This document shows, piece after piece, positions 19,284-30,224 of a stretch of DNA of 64,000 nucleotides. The notes beneath the pieces were generated by a model. The model had not been told where the DNA came from. It was given only the letters and a program-made list of their open reading frames with translations, and ran no database searches. Made by a program: the position numbers and the translations under genes. Source of the DNA: Candidatus Cloacimonadales bacterium (GTDB lineage: Bacteria > Cloacimonadota > Cloacimonadia > Cloacimonadales > JAFGVF01); contig OY762964.1 of assembly GCA_963667035.1 (NCBI GenBank), positions 1,984,001 to 2,048,000 of the forward strand. The letters run 5' to 3'. Within the stretch, counting starts at the first letter, position 1. The number at the start of each line of letters is the position of its first letter.

Positions 19284-20018
19284 TTATTGATAGTCAGGAT
19301 TAGTTTTTAAGTATTCGGCTATTAGCTGTGCGACTGATGTAATCGCCGCAGTTTCAGCTCTTAGCACCCTATTGCATAAACTGTAAGTTATTGTATTATT
19401 TTCTTTGAAGTATTGAAATTCTGAAGGACTAAATCCACCTTCCGGACCTATTATGATACAAACGGGTTCTTTAAAATTTTTAACAACCCCACTAATGTTT
19501 GGTTCTCCTTCCAATTCCGAAGCTATCATAGGTATAAACCCCACCTTTTTAGCTCTCTTAATTGTAGAGTTCAAGCTATCAACTTCATAGATGTTTGGCA
19601 AGAAGGGATTATCACATTGCTTGACAGCACTAATTGATGTTTCTATGAATTTGTTAATGGTATTCTTGGAAGGTTTTCTTACACTATTCTCTGAGACAAA
19701 GGGAAAAAGATGTTTCACTCCCAATTCGGTCAACTTCTCAACTAAAACATGGTCATTCTTGTTTCTCAGTAATGAAAAGGCTACTGCTATCTCAGGCTCG
19801 CTCTTTACCGACTCGTTTGATTCCAAAACTTCCAGCTTTACTTCGCCCTTTCTAATTTCAATAAGTTTAGCTTTGGCAATAACACCGTTCCCGGAGTTGA
19901 GTTTTACCTCGTCTCCGGGACGTTTTCTGAAAACGTTTATAATATGATTATATTCACTTCCCGTGACTACAATCGCTTCTGTTTCTAAGGTAAGTTCTGG
20001 TGTATAAAAGGAAGGCAT
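19284..20018 (-). CDS. rsmE: 16S rRNA m3U1498 methyltransferase
   Basis: EKLTELGV, IIGPEGGFS, RVLRAETAA; downstream of dnaJ. Confidence 0.95.
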   Translation of the reverse strand: MPSFYTPELTLETEAIVVTGSEYNHIINVFRKRPGDEVKLNSGNGVIAKAKLIEIRKGEVKLEVLESNESVKSEPEIAVAFSLLRNKNDHVLVEKLTELGVKHLFPFVSENSVRKPSKNTINKFIETSISAVKQCDNPFLPNIYEVDSLNSTIKRAKKVGFIPMIASELEGEPNISGVVKNFKEPVCIIIGPEGGFSPSEFQYFKENNTITYSLCNRVLRAETAAITSVAQLIAEYLKTNPDYQ

Positions 20019-21172
20019 CAGAAGAAATAGTTTTTCAGCTTTTCAACAAAGCTTTTTTTAGGTGAATACACTTTATCTTTATCGAGTTCCGCTAACTCTC
20101 TTATAAGTTCTTCTTCCTTTTTACTAAGCTTAGTAGGAGTGACGATATAAACAGTTACATACAAATCGCCAATATAGCTGGAATTGACTACAGGCATCCC
20201 CTGTCCTCGTAATCGGAACTGTTTTCCGGTCTGTGTTCCGGCAGGAACTTTCATTTTAATCTTTCCATTAATGATAGGGATATCAAGCTCGGTACCCAAA
20301 ACAGCTTGCGAGAAGCTAATAGGGAACTTCATATATAAATCCTTTCCATCTCTATCGAATGTATCATCTTCCTTTTCCCTAATCATCACAAGGATATCAC
20401 CTGCTGGAGCACCTTTAGTACCGGAATTACCTTGTCCTCTTAGTCTGATGTATTGTCCTTCTTCAACTCCTGCCGGTATCTTAATATTGATTTCTTTCAG
20501 ATGCGCAGCACGTCCGTCTCCATGACATTTCTTACACTTATTCTCAATTATCCGTCCTTCACCCCTACAAGCAGGGCATTCGGCAACTGTTTGTATGTTC
20601 CCGAATAATGAACGACGCATCTGACGAACTTGACCGCTTCCTCCGCATTGCGAGCATGTTGTCACCTTTCCGTCTGCAGAACCTGATCCGTTACATGTAG
20701 GACAAGTGTCCTTGATATTTATCTTAATCTTTTTCTCTACGCCTTTGGAAATTTCTTTAAGGTTCAGAGAAATCTCTATTTGAAGGTCTTCACCTCTATT
20801 ATTTCTTCCTTGAGACCTGGTTCTACCACCAAATCCACCGCCTCCGAAGAGAGAATCAAAAATGCTTCCCATATCTCCGAAAAGGTCACTAAAATCACCT
20901 GCGTGCGTAAAGTCACTCCAACTAAAGCCACCTTGACCGAATGCTCCTTCCAATCCTGCATGACCATACTGGTCATAGCGTTGTTTCTTTTCCGGATCAC
21001 TCAACACTTCATAGGCTTCAGAAGCCTCTTTGAATTTCTCTTCAGCCTCTTTATCGTCTTGATTCTTATCAGGATGATACTTCATCGCAAGTTTTCGATA
21101 AGCTTTTTTTATAGTACCGGCATCAGCATTTTTATCAATACCTAAAACTTCGTAGTAATCTCTTTTTGCCAT
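20018..21172 (-). CDS. dnaJ: Chaperone DnaJ
   Basis: HPD J-domain, G/F region, four CxxCxGxG repeats. Confidence 0.98.
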   Translation of the reverse strand: MAKRDYYEVLGIDKNADAGTIKKAYRKLAMKYHPDKNQDDKEAEEKFKEASEAYEVLSDPEKKQRYDQYGHAGLEGAFGQGGFSWSDFTHAGDFSDLFGDMGSIFDSLFGGGGFGGRTRSQGRNNRGEDLQIEISLNLKEISKGVEKKIKINIKDTCPTCNGSGSADGKVTTCSQCGGSGQVRQMRRSLFGNIQTVAECPACRGEGRIIENKCKKCHGDGRAAHLKEINIKIPAGVEEGQYIRLRGQGNSGTKGAPAGDILVMIREKEDDTFDRDGKDLYMKFPISFSQAVLGTELDIPIINGKIKMKVPAGTQTGKQFRLRGQGMPVVNSSYIGDLYVTVYIVTPTKLSKKEEELIRELAELDKDKVYSPKKSFVEKLKNYFF

Positions 21173-21192
21173 TTTGTCCTCTTATGCTTTTG

Positions 21193-21279
21193 GGTCTTAT
21201 TTTGAATAGGATAAATCACAATCCTATTTAAGATAAGACCATTTTTCAAAAGGATGGGAAACGGCACAAGCCGCTTCCC
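21193..21279 (-). terminator. Two hairpins between dnaK and dnaJ (partial terminator / mRNA stabiliser)
   Basis: 20-bp stem 21193-21240 (18/20 Watson-Crick) and gggaaacggc-acaa-gccgcttccc 21256-21279. Confidence 0.6.
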
Positions 21280-21293
21280 GTTTTTGTATAGTA

Positions 21294-23225
21294 TTAATCG
21301 TCTACAACTTCGAAGTCAGCATCAATAGGTCCATCTTTACCGTCATCCTGTTTAGGGGTATCTTCCTGTTGTGGTTGAGGCCCGTTGGGTTCAGTTTGAG
21401 GATTCTCCTGTTGATATTGCTGATAAAGGATTTCGCCAAGTTTCTGAGCTTTTTCTGCAAGAGTATTCTTAGCAGTTTCATAATCCTCTTTAGATTGTCC
21501 TTTTTCGAGTTTTTCTTTAGCTTCTTTTATAGCTGTTTCGATATTAGTTTTATCGTCACCAGAGAGTTTATCTCCGTTTTCTTTTAAGCTCTTTTCGGTA
21601 GAGAAGATTATTTGATCAAGCTCATTTTTAGCATCAATCATCTCTTTTCTCTTGCTATCTTCGTCAGCATGCATCTCAGCATCTTTTACCATCTTCTCGA
21701 TATCGGATTCTGATAAGCTTCCGCTTCTGTCAATCTTGATTGACTGCTTTTTGTTAGTAGCTTTATCTACGGCTGATACATGAAGAATACCATTAGCGTC
21801 CATATCGAATGTAACTTCAATCTGCGGTACTCCGCGAGGTGCAGGTGGAATTCCGGTAAGCTGGAAGTTTCCAAGAACTTTGTTATCATTAGCCATAGGA
21901 CGTTCACCCTGAAGAACTCTAATGTCAACGGCAGGTTGGTTATCTGCTGCTGTAGAGAATATCTGACTCTTTTTAGTAGGAATTGTTGTATTCCTTGGAA
22001 TAAGAACAGTCATCACCTGTCCCATAGTTTCGATTCCGAGAGATAGAGGAGTAACATCAAGAAGAAGCACATCCTGCATATTCTCGTCACCTGAAAGGAT
22101 GCCACCCTGAATAGCGGCACCAATAGCAACAACTTCGTCAGGGTTCATTGTTCTGTTTGCTTTCTTACCAAAGAAACTTTCTACAGCTTCAGCAACTGCA
22201 GGAACACGTGTTGAGCCACCGACCAAAAGTACTTCATTTACATCTGAATTTGAAAGACCTGCATCCTGCATAGCTTTCTTAACAGGTTGTAAACTACGAT
22301 CGACCAAGTCAGAGATGAGTCGATTGAACTCGGATCTTGTAAGGTCAAGATTCAAGTGTTTAGGACCTGTTGCATCAGCAGTAATGAAAGGCAGGTTAAT
22401 ATTGGTTGTAGTTGTTCCTGAAAGCTCAATCTTAGCTTTCTCGGCAGCTTCTTTAAGACGTTGCATAGCTGTTGCATCGCTAGATAAATCAACTCCTTCC
22501 TGCTCTTTGAACTTCTTGAGAATCCAATCGATAACTTTCTTATCAAAGTCATCTCCGCCAAGGTGGGTGTCTCCATTCGTTGAAAGCACTTCTACAACTC
22601 CTTCGGAGATATCAAGGATAGAGATATCGAATGTACCTCCACCGAGGTCGTATACAGCAACTTTCTGTTCTTTTTTGTTTTCCATACCGTAAGCAAGAGC
22701 AGCGGCAGTAGGTTCATTTATAATTCTCTTAACATCTAAACCTGCAATTTTACCTGCATCTTTAGTAGCTTGTCTTTGAGCATCATTAAAGTAAGCCGGT
22801 ACAGTAATAACAGCTTCAGTAATCTTTTCTCCGAGATATGTTTCAGCAGTTTCTTTCATCTTAGTAAGCACCATTGCTGAAATCTCTTGTGGAGTGTAAT
22901 CTTTATTATCAACATCTATATGAACAGCTGCTTGACTTCTTACACCTGATATAACTTTGTAAGGCACCTGTTCAATCTCATTTGCAACTTCATTGTAATG
23001 GCGTCCCATAAAACGTTTTATGGAGTATACTGTATTTTTTGCATTTGTTACAGCCTGACGTTTTGCAAGCTGACCCACCAGTCTTTCTCCGGCTTTAACA
23101 AATCCAATTACTGATGGTGTTGTACGTGTTCCTTCAACATTTGCAATTACAACAGGCTTTCCACCTTCTACAACAGCAACACATGAGTTAGTTGTTCCAA
23201 GGTCGATTCCGATGATTTTTCCCAT
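21294..23225 (-). CDS. dnaK: Chaperone DnaK (Hsp70)
   Basis: [33 protein letters not shown]-terminus. Confidence 0.99.
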   Translation of the reverse strand: MGKIIGIDLGTTNSCVAVVEGGKPVVIANVEGTRTTPSVIGFVKAGERLVGQLAKRQAVTNAKNTVYSIKRFMGRHYNEVANEIEQVPYKVISGVRSQAAVHIDVDNKDYTPQEISAMVLTKMKETAETYLGEKITEAVITVPAYFNDAQRQATKDAGKIAGLDVKRIINEPTAAALAYGMENKKEQKVAVYDLGGGTFDISILDISEGVVEVLSTNGDTHLGGDDFDKKVIDWILKKFKEQEGVDLSSDATAMQRLKEAAEKAKIELSGTTTTNINLPFITADATGPKHLNLDLTRSEFNRLISDLVDRSLQPVKKAMQDAGLSNSDVNEVLLVGGSTRVPAVAEAVESFFGKKANRTMNPDEVVAIGAAIQGGILSGDENMQDVLLLDVTPLSLGIETMGQVMTVLIPRNTTIPTKKSQIFSTAADNQPAVDIRVLQGERPMANDNKVLGNFQLTGIPPAPRGVPQIEVTFDMDANGILHVSAVDKATNKKQSIKIDRSGSLSESDIEKMVKDAEMHADEDSKRKEMIDAKNELDQIIFSTEKSLKENGDKLSGDDKTNIETAIKEAKEKLEKGQSKEDYETAKNTLAEKAQKLGEILYQQYQQENPQTEPNGPQPQQEDTPKQDDGKDGPIDADFEVVDD

Positions 23226-23243
23226 CTTAATCCTCCTATTCCT

Positions 23244-23858
23244 TTATTTTTTCTTTTCTTTTTTATTTTCTACCGGCTGAGGTTTAGCTCCGTTTGAGAC
23301 TGCTACTCTTGCCGGTCTGATTAGTTTTCCGTTCAAAGTATATCCGTTCTGGATTACTGCTGCTACAATATTTTCTTCCAGTTCTGAAGGTATATGAGCT
23401 AATGCTTCATGATACTCAGGATTAAACTCTTGGTTTTTAGAATCAACTTTCTTGACTCCTTCTTTAGAAAGAATAGAGTTCAGTTGTTGTTCAATCTGCT
23501 TAACTCCTTTGATGAATGGTTTTTCCAATTCATCTTCTTCAACCTGCTCCCAAGCTCTTTCGAAATTATCCATTACATCGCAGAGAGAGATAACTATCCC
23601 TTCGGTAGCTGTTTTAATCCAATCGCTCTTCTCTTTTTGAGATCTGCGTCTGAAGTTCTCGAATTCAGCCATGTTTCTCATGTAACGATCTTTCCAGACT
23701 GCAACATCCTTCTCAAGGTTTTCCAGCTTCTCTTCCAAAGTCGGTTCCTTCTTATCTTCGACTTCAACTTTTACGTCAGTTCCAACTGTCTCTTCAGCTT
23801 TCTTCTCTATTTCCGGAGCTGTCTTATGCTGTTTTTTGTCAGTTTTCTTCTTAGACAT
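23244..23858 (-). CDS. grpE: Nucleotide exchange factor GrpE
   Basis: AEFENFRRR, DNFERA, FNPEYHEAL, GYTLNGKLIRPARVAV. Confidence 0.97.
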   Translation of the reverse strand: MSKKKTDKKQHKTAPEIEKKAEETVGTDVKVEVEDKKEPTLEEKLENLEKDVAVWKDRYMRNMAEFENFRRRSQKEKSDWIKTATEGIVISLCDVMDNFERAWEQVEEDELEKPFIKGVKQIEQQLNSILSKEGVKKVDSKNQEFNPEYHEALAHIPSELEENIVAAVIQNGYTLNGKLIRPARVAVSNGAKPQPVENKKEKKK

Positions 23859-23876
23859 TAATTTATCTCCAAATTC

Positions 23877-24926
23877 TTATTTATTTATTGAAACTATTCC
23901 CTGTTTAGTAGTCTGAGTAATGGTTTTAGCAAAATCTCTAATCATTGAGATGTTCTTTCTGAAATCATTTCTCACGGGACATACTATTCCTAAGTAACCG
24001 GGGATATCAAAAACCTCATATTTTGCGTAGATCACTGCAAAGTCGTACCATGATCCGTCTCCGAAATCCTCACCCATAAGGATATTGTAATCTCCTCCGG
24101 TTTCATGGTTTCTCATCATCTTGATTAAGATATCCTGTCTCTGTACCAGAGTCATGAAGTTCATTACATTCATCTTTTTATCGAATTCAGGTTGCTCAAG
24201 AAATGATATTTTCCCGTCAAACTGAATGTAATAATCAGTGATTGAAGTAAACGCCTTATGAAGCTCCTGTAAAAACTGCTCTAGCAAGAAGTTTGATTTC
24301 TTCACCATCTCGCTCATTTCACTCAGATAACGATGAGATATATCGAAAATTCGCTCTCCGAGTAAATCTTCTCTAACGAAGTTAACCATCTTTCTTAACT
24401 GGGCTTCATTCACATCATAATCACAGTTTAATATAACAGTCTTATCCAATCCCGAATCTAAGCTAAGTACAAATATCAGCTTTCTGGGGCTCAACTGAAA
24501 GACCTGTAAATCACTCAAATAGTCATTAGAGACTTCAGGTTCAGCCACAAAACTTAACTGATCGGATTCATTAGCAAGAATCTGCTTGATATAATGCAAT
24601 GCTAATTGAGTATCCTTATAATTACGAATAATCAATTGCCTGAGTATGTCCTTCTTCTCATATTCAAGCTCCGCGACCTCACTGCTAATCAAGTCGACGT
24701 ATTTACGGTAACCGTTTATCGTTGGCACTCTTCCTGCAGAAGTATGCGGCTGATGGATAAAGTTATTCTGCTCCAGTTTATTGAGGTCTATACGTAAAGT
24801 AGCAGGACTGACATGCCCCATATACTTCTCGTATAAAACTCTTGAAGACACCGGTTCACGGAATAAAACATATTCATCAATCAGGCTTTTTAAGGTTTCA
24901 TCTAATCTTCTAATATTCTTCTTCAT
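23877..24926 (-). CDS. hrcA: Heat-inducible transcription repressor HrcA
   Basis: EPVSS, SPATLR, QPHTSAGRVPT.GYR.YVD; first gene of the dnaK operon; start chosen from GGAG spacing. Confidence 0.93.
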   Translation of the reverse strand: MKKNIRRLDETLKSLIDEYVLFREPVSSRVLYEKYMGHVSPATLRIDLNKLEQNNFIHQPHTSAGRVPTINGYRKYVDLISSEVAELEYEKKDILRQLIIRNYKDTQLALHYIKQILANESDQLSFVAEPEVSNDYLSDLQVFQLSPRKLIFVLSLDSGLDKTVILNCDYDVNEAQLRKMVNFVREDLLGERIFDISHRYLSEMSEMVKKSNFLLEQFLQELHKAFTSITDYYIQFDGKISFLEQPEFDKKMNVMNFMTLVQRQDILIKMMRNHETGGDYNILMGEDFGDGSWYDFAVIYAKYEVFDIPGYLGIVCPVRNDFRKNISMIRDFAKTITQTTKQGIVSINK

Positions 24927-24937
24927 CATTACTCCAA

Positions 24938-24964
24938 TCAGCAATCATTATATTCGGTTGCTAA
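24938..24964 (-). promoter_or_regulatory. CIRCE element
   Basis: Minus strand TTAGCAACC-N9-GATTGCTGA versus consensus TTAGCACTC-N9-GAGTGCTAA, immediately upstream of the hrcA RBS. Confidence 0.85.
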
Positions 24965-24994
24965 TATAGTGACAAAATATGCGACTAACATTTT

Positions 24995-25021
24995 TTGTCA
25001 AACAAAAAGTGAGACTGCTAA
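24995..25021 (-). promoter_or_regulatory. Second degenerate CIRCE overlapping the -35 box
   Basis: TTAGCAGTC-N9-GTTTGACAA; the right half contains TTGACA. Confidence 0.55.
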
Positions 25022-25133
25022 TTTTTTTATTTCCCTCCCCTATCCAAACTATTAGCTCTACCTGAGACTGCATATTAATGTAATTTCTTATAGGTATTTC
25101 TATTTCTGCAAACTATCTATCAAGACCTTAAAT

Positions 25134-25232
25134 TCCCACTGCTCTCCCACTTTGCAGGCACTGCTAACCCAGTGTTTCAGTGCGTGGACAGTGCGTTCAC
25201 AATGGAATCATAGTGCGAACGCAGTGCGTTGG
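25134..25232. repeat. Nine-unit 11-bp-phased array with orientation flip (core CCCACTG x4 then CAGTGCG x5)
   Basis: tcccactgctc tcccactttgc aggcactgcta acccagtgttt | cagtgcgtgga cagtgcgttca caatggaatca tagtgcgaacg cagtgcgttgg. Confidence 0.85.
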
Positions 25233-25584
25233 TAAAATGTGGTAGGTGACTGAGCAGAAACGAACAAGTTATGCATCTAAGTAATTGATAATCACACTGA
25301 GTATGAAATCTTAAACTATATTAAGACTATTATTCCAAACAAGAAAATCTTATAATTCATTTTAGCCAATAAAGACATCAATTATTTTGAGTTCTAAAAA
25401 GAGAAAAGTGCAAAAATCTATCAGCCAAGTAATCCCGGCGTATTAATACAGAGTTGCATTTTTATCTTAGCAATCTTCGTAACTAATTTATTACGAGAAA
25501 ATAATAATATGTTTGACATGATTATTTTGTATAAGTATTCTTGGCATGCAGTTAACAGTTTAGTCTTAACTAAAGGGAGGAACT

Positions 25585-27108
25585 ATGAAAAGGATAGCTC
25601 TAATTGTTTTACTACTAGCTCTTACTCTCGTTTCTATATTAAATGCCGAGATTGTATACAATATCTCGGAGGTAATTACACTACCTATTCCATATCCTTA
25701 TGACAAAATTATCAGTCAATGCGATGAAGACACTTTACTACACTTCTATTCTTCAATTCAGGAATCGGACAATTACAATTTATACCACTTTACCCTGAAT
25801 AGCAATATGCAGTTTTCAGAAAGAGACCTGATTGTATCTATCGATGCTGTTCAAAACGAAATAGATTCATTTAAGATTATTGACCTGTTTGAAGATACAA
25901 CATTTCACATCCATTATAAGAATAACTATTTAACTAAACTAGTTGTAATAATTAGTAACTATGATGAGCTTTCCAACACTGTTGATATCTCTCAATATGA
26001 GCAGGACTTGGCTGATTGCTATTCCATAACAGCCGGAACTCTGGTTTTGAAGAAAAGTTATCGGGATGAATTTAATTATCGGCATTCTGATTTTTATAAA
26101 CTGGATTTAGCTACATCCGAGCTTAGCTTGTTTCAAACCTATTCTCGTTATGCCGACTTATATCAGTTGGGTAATGAAATTTTAATTGATGACGGAACGG
26201 GCTATATGAAGCACTTTGACACAAATCTTGAGTATATTGATTCTTTAACAATTAGCGACGAAGGCAATTATGATTGGTATACTTGGTTTCATAGTTTTGA
26301 AACATATAGCTATAGAGACGGATACCTGCTATCTCATGACGATGGACTTGTGAAAAGAGATAGAATCTGGACATATCAGACTTACATCGAGTTCGATTGG
26401 GGCGTAATGGAAGCTCAACCTCTATCCAATTATATGGCTAACTTCTTTCATGTAGTTTCTGAAGATAAATTGATCGGAGCAACAGAATTAGGACCATGGG
26501 GACCTGCTTCTCAGCTTTCATATCTGGAATACAACGGTAATACATGGACTCAATCCGAATCAATTGACATTAACTGCTCTTACATGGGTGATTTCTTCCT
26601 TGATAACTATTGTATCATCCCTTGCCGGATTGATAATAGCACGGTATTCAATGTGTTTGACCTTAATTTAAACAATGTTTATACAACGTCTATTCAATCT
26701 AATACCCCGAACTATCTGGGGACAATAACTTTTGATAACAAGCTTATATTCAAATACAGGGACTCCAATACAATCGACTATCATGTGTTTTCTTCCACTG
26801 TTCCTAATGCAAATGATTCAAACCCTCCGATTAAATCGATAACGACCCAATGCTACCCTAATCCCTTTAATCCGGAGACCACTATTGAATTCTTTGTTCC
26901 CGACAAAGGCTTGGTAACGGTAGAGATATTCAATATATTAGGACAAAAAGTGAAATCAATTATTGATACCGAGCTTGAAAAGGGGAAGTATAGTATTAAA
27001 TGGAACGGACAAGACGATAAAGATTTGGCTTTATCCAGTGGAGTATACTTTTACAGAGTCTCCCAAAAGAATGTAAGTGCTACTAACAAGATTGTGATGT
27101 TGAAATAG
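25585..27108 (+). CDS. Secreted protein of unknown function with T9SS/FlgD-type CTD, paralog 1
   Basis: Signal peptide, SD GGGAGG, C-terminal YPNPFNPET...WNGQD...SGVYFYR; shares motifs with 28680 and 30225. Confidence 0.85.
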   Translation: MKRIALIVLLLALTLVSILNAEIVYNISEVITLPIPYPYDKIISQCDEDTLLHFYSSIQESDNYNLYHFTLNSNMQFSERDLIVSIDAVQNEIDSFKIIDLFEDTTFHIHYKNNYLTKLVVIISNYDELSNTVDISQYEQDLADCYSITAGTLVLKKSYRDEFNYRHSDFYKLDLATSELSLFQTYSRYADLYQLGNEILIDDGTGYMKHFDTNLEYIDSLTISDEGNYDWYTWFHSFETYSYRDGYLLSHDDGLVKRDRIWTYQTYIEFDWGVMEAQPLSNYMANFFHVVSEDKLIGATELGPWGPASQLSYLEYNGNTWTQSESIDINCSYMGDFFLDNYCIIPCRIDNSTVFNVFDLNLNNVYTTSIQSNTPNYLGTITFDNKLIFKYRDSNTIDYHVFSSTVPNANDSNPPIKSITTQCYPNPFNPETTIEFFVPDKGLVTVEIFNILGQKVKSIIDTELEKGKYSIKWNGQDDKDLALSSGVYFYRVSQKNVSATNKIVMLK

Positions 27109-27134
27109 GTTTTTCGGAAAGATATAGATTTTTC

Positions 27135-27208
27135 ACTGCCGAGAGTTATGTTTGTTGAAAGCAACCATGAATATTAAATTAACTCATACTTTACAAACTC
27201 TCGGCAGT
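27135..27208. repeat. 13-bp perfect inverted repeat with 48-nt spacer
   Basis: actgccgagagtt ... aactctcggcagt, just before a TTGACA at 27215. Confidence 0.7.
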
Positions 27209-27277
27209 TTGTAATTGACATAATCAGCAGGTTTTAGGAAATGAATCAGAATTAATAAACATGCTGAGGAGTGAAAG

Positions 27278-28489
27278 ATGAAAATCCTTGTATTGAACTG
27301 TGGAAGTTCTTCAATTAAATACCAGTTTATCAATATGGAAACTGAGGAAGTACTTGTAGAAGGTTCAGCTGAAAGAATAGCAGAACCTATTGCAAGATTT
27401 ACCTATAAAAGTGAAAAATATACAGTAAAGAAACAGGAAATGGTTCTTAAGAATCATGAAGACGGTCTCAAGCACATCATTGATGCTTTGATGGACAAAG
27501 AAAACGGCGTTATTAGTGATGCCTCTGAAATCAGTGCAGTTGGACACAGATTGGTTCATGGTGGAGAGCATTACTCTGATACTGTTGTAGTAGACGATCA
27601 TGTTATTGAAGTGATGACAGATTGTATTCCTCTTGCTCCTCTACACAATCCTGCTAACATTAAAGGTGTTGAATCGGTTACTAAAGAATTACCCGGTGTT
27701 CCTCAAGCAGGTGTTTTTGATACAGCTTTCCATCAGACAATGGCTAAGAGAGCATATTTATATCCACTTCCTTTGGAGTATTATAAAGAGAATAAGATTA
27801 GACGTTACGGGTTCCACGGAACTTCTCATAAGTATGTAAGCCAAATTGCTGCCGAGTATGTTGGCAAAGATATAAAAGATCTTAAGATTATCACTGCTCA
27901 CATAGGTAACGGTGCTTCAATAACTGCTATTGACGGTGGACATTCAGTAGATACTTCTATGGGATTTACTCCTCTTGAAGGTCTCATGATGGGAACTCGT
28001 TGTGGCGACATTGATCCTTCAATCCCGATATTTATGCAAAAGACTCTCGGACTCTCTGTTGATGAGACAAATAATGTTCTCAATAAAAAGAGCGGTATGT
28101 TAGGTTTATCAGCTATATCTAATGATATGCTTGATATTGAAAACAAGATTCTTAAAGAAAAAAATGAAGACGCTATTACTGCTCATGATGTTTATGCTTA
28201 CAGAATCAAGAAATATATCGGTGCTTATGCTGCAGCTATGAATGGACTTGATATACTTATTTTCACCGGTGGAGTCGGCGAAAATATGCCAATATTGCGT
28301 GAGTTGGTATGTCGTGATATGGATTATCTCGGAATTGAGATTGATAAGAAAGAAAATGACCAATTCAAAGGTGGAATCATTGATCTTACAGGAGAGAATT
28401 CTAAAGTAAAAATCCTTAAAGTACAAACTAATGAAGAATTAGCAATCGCTCTTGAAACAAAGCGAATCCTTTTCGACGAAAAGAAATAG
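27278..28489 (+). CDS. ackA: Acetate kinase
   Basis: LVLNCGSSSIKY, GHRLVHGG, APLHNP, RRYGFHGTSH, SMGFTPLEG, TGGVGEN, TNEE. Confidence 0.97.
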   Translation: MKILVLNCGSSSIKYQFINMETEEVLVEGSAERIAEPIARFTYKSEKYTVKKQEMVLKNHEDGLKHIIDALMDKENGVISDASEISAVGHRLVHGGEHYSDTVVVDDHVIEVMTDCIPLAPLHNPANIKGVESVTKELPGVPQAGVFDTAFHQTMAKRAYLYPLPLEYYKENKIRRYGFHGTSHKYVSQIAAEYVGKDIKDLKIITAHIGNGASITAIDGGHSVDTSMGFTPLEGLMMGTRCGDIDPSIPIFMQKTLGLSVDETNNVLNKKSGMLGLSAISNDMLDIENKILKEKNEDAITAHDVYAYRIKKYIGAYAAAMNGLDILIFTGGVGENMPILRELVCRDMDYLGIEIDKKENDQFKGGIIDLTGENSKVKILKVQTNEELAIALETKRILFDEKK

Positions 28490-28507
28490 ATAATATATAT
28501 ATCGTTT

Positions 28508-28540
28508 GAGGCAGAGTTTTATGACTTTGCCTCTTTTTAT
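28508..28540 (+). terminator. Rho-independent terminator of ackA
   Basis: gaggcagagt-tttatg-actttgcctc followed by T-tract. Confidence 0.8.
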
Positions 28541-28679
28541 TAGTCTTTACACTACTTATATTAATATCTATTACTACGGTCATACGTTATTAAATCTATT
28601 TAATATTGATAAGTTCATTGACATCTATTTATTTTTATCAATTAATTGATTTGGATAGATTGATAGGGAGGATGGATTT

Positions 28680-30215
28680 ATGAAAAAGTTTTTCTTCGTA
28701 GTGTCTTTATTTACAGTTTTAGTGATGTCACAACTACAATCTGAGACTCAATATAGTATTTCGGAGCCGACAAGTCTTAATTTACCATATCCTTATAATT
28801 ATATTGTTTATGATAAAGAGTTAGATACCGAGGTACATTTCTACCAAACTGAAACAACAGCAGATGAATATGTTTTATACCATTTTTCGATGAATGATAG
28901 TTTACAGTTCTCAGAAAGAACAATGATTGCATCATATCCGGTTCCTGTGTATGAGCCCTATGAAGTACCATTAATTAGAATGGATAACACAAACAGTTTC
29001 CACTTTTATGTAGAAGATGCTAATCATGATGTTAAGTATATAACCAAAATCGATAACTATAGACAGGGAACTTCAACATTAGATGTATCAACTCTGCAAA
29101 CGGAGTTTAATCATTATACTTCAGTTTGTGACTCTCTTCTACTTTTGCAAAAGAGATATCCCGCGGAGGAATGGGAAGATCGATATTCAGAGTTTTACAA
29201 ATTCAATCTTGAGACAATGGAATTAACTCTTTTTAAAGCTGATTGCTATTACTATGAATGGTATTTCAGAATTGGGACTGAATGGTTATTCCAAAGCCAC
29301 TACACAGATATGAGTTATCACTATGATAACTCCCTAACCTTTGTCGATTCACTACAAATAGATGAGACATATTTCCCAAACGATTTGTGGGTTGATAATC
29401 TCTACTCTAGCTGGTCAGATAGCTTTGGTAATGGGTTCTTGTACGCTTATGATGATGGAGTCCTTCCTATGCGATACAATCATGTTACTTATTTTGAGTT
29501 CAGACCGGGTCAGTTGTTGATTGAGGATGTTGGCTGGTATCATCCACAGTCAATTAAAAAAGTTTCTAATAATCGAGTTATTGGTGCTAGCGAATCCTAT
29601 GACATGGGACCTCTTGATGTGCTGGGATATACTGAGTTGAATGAAACAGGTTGGCATGGGTTTGGACCAGTATCCTTTGATTACGAATTTAGAGGAAGTT
29701 TTTCTTCTCAAGGTCATTACATAGTGTTTGGCAATAACGGTGCATCTAACATGTTAACTGTCTATGATAAAGATTTAAATGCTGTTTATCAGGTTGAGCC
29801 ATTCAATATAGAAAATGCAAACTATCCAATGGATACTTACTTCAATATGTTGATATTCAGAGGAAACACACCAAATTCCCTTATCTACTCTGATTTTGAA
29901 ATGACAATGCCCAACAGCGATGATGTAAATCCGGCAGTTAAGAGCATTACTACCTCCAACTACCCCAATCCCTTCAATCCAACAACTACAATTGAGTATT
30001 CTGTTCCTGAGAAAGGTAACGTGAGTATTGAAATATATAACATATTAGGGCAAAGAGTTAATGCATTAACAAATTCAGAGCATTCAAAAGGCACACATGC
30101 TATCCAATGGGATGGGAAAGACAAAAACAATAAAACACTCCCAAGTGGGATATACTTCTATAGAGTCTCACAGAAAGGGAAGAGTGTTAATAAGAAGATT
30201 GTAATGATGAAATAG
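28680..30215 (+). CDS. Secreted protein with T9SS/FlgD-type CTD, paralog 2
   Basis: Signal peptide; LPYPY...HFY...LYHF...QFSER motif; CTD NYPNPFNP...WDGKD...SGIYFYR. Confidence 0.85.
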   Translation: MKKFFFVVSLFTVLVMSQLQSETQYSISEPTSLNLPYPYNYIVYDKELDTEVHFYQTETTADEYVLYHFSMNDSLQFSERTMIASYPVPVYEPYEVPLIRMDNTNSFHFYVEDANHDVKYITKIDNYRQGTSTLDVSTLQTEFNHYTSVCDSLLLLQKRYPAEEWEDRYSEFYKFNLETMELTLFKADCYYYEWYFRIGTEWLFQSHYTDMSYHYDNSLTFVDSLQIDETYFPNDLWVDNLYSSWSDSFGNGFLYAYDDGVLPMRYNHVTYFEFRPGQLLIEDVGWYHPQSIKKVSNNRVIGASESYDMGPLDVLGYTELNETGWHGFGPVSFDYEFRGSFSSQGHYIVFGNNGASNMLTVYDKDLNAVYQVEPFNIENANYPMDTYFNMLIFRGNTPNSLIYSDFEMTMPNSDDVNPAVKSITTSNYPNPFNPTTTIEYSVPEKGNVSIEIYNILGQRVNALTNSEHSKGTHAIQWDGKDKNNKTLPSGIYFYRVSQKGKSVNKKIVMMK

Positions 30216-30224
30216 GGAGATATA

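Noticed and set aside
25134..25232. Phased arrays as CRISPR arrays or simple VNTRs
   Set aside because: Units are 11 bp with no unique spacers, they invert midway, and no cas genes are present
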